In this document: in pieces, positions 35,188 through 35,318 of the stretch
Layout of the letters: the number at the start of each line of letters is the position of its first letter
Position numbering within the stretch: position 1 is the first letter of the stretch
From: a virus
Taxonomy: Duplodnaviria; Caudoviricetes
Length of the DNA stretch: 35,318 nucleotides
Strand: one strand, 5' to 3'
IMG/VR virus record: IMGVR_UViG_3300035494_000069
Location: 1 to 35,318 of that record
Position numbers and translations under genes: made by a program
Notes under the pieces: generated by a model
What the model was told of the DNA's origin: nothing
What the model saw: the letters and a program-made list of their open reading frames with translations, nothing else
The model's database searches: none

Positions 35188-35318
35188 GTCGGTTTCCAAT
35201 AAGTTTCCAATCGGATAAGCTGACACGCATCTAAAGCGGAGTCTAAAGGCGTCTCTGTGGCAACCCGGGCCTTTAAGAATCATGGATGATTAACCCTACC
35301 TGGCTAGCAACTTCCATT

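Noticed and set aside
1-35318. Second VR or additional DGR target
   Set aside because: No further TR-like copy noticed by eye; a BLASTN of TR against the window and whole genome is needed to exclude remote targets

Overview
The window holds an apparently complete ~35.0 kb P2-like (phiCTX-type) temperate myovirus prophage (117-35134), integrated in the anticodon loop of a tRNA-Val(GAC) gene of a GC-rich, probably gammaproteobacterial host. From left to right: int/xis; early accessory genes (DPPH-type methyltransferase, a CsrA/RsmA homologue, DUF2528); a P4-alpha-like primase-helicase in place of P2 gpA; ogr, cII and an RHH-Cro/XRE-cI switch; a three-gene lysogenic cassette (exported protein, WYL-BRCT fusion, internally deleted nuclease-Excalibur); tail genes D-U-T-E'-E-FII-FI; baseplate, lysis and head/packaging genes; then cos, an iteron-rich origin-like element and attR. 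The standout feature is an intact diversity-generating retroelement (target/VR-avd-TR-RT, 18723-21508) in the tail-fibre locus. TR and VR are 129 bp and differ at 9 positions, all TR adenines and all non-synonymous. The target is an Mtd-like CLec protein that appears to replace the receptor-binding tip of a shortened gpH. The RT is translationally coupled to a permuted papain-like amidase, followed by an AT-rich membrane-protein moron. DGRs are a known class; what may be new is this architecture. All protein calls come from motif recognition and synteny by eye, not database searches.
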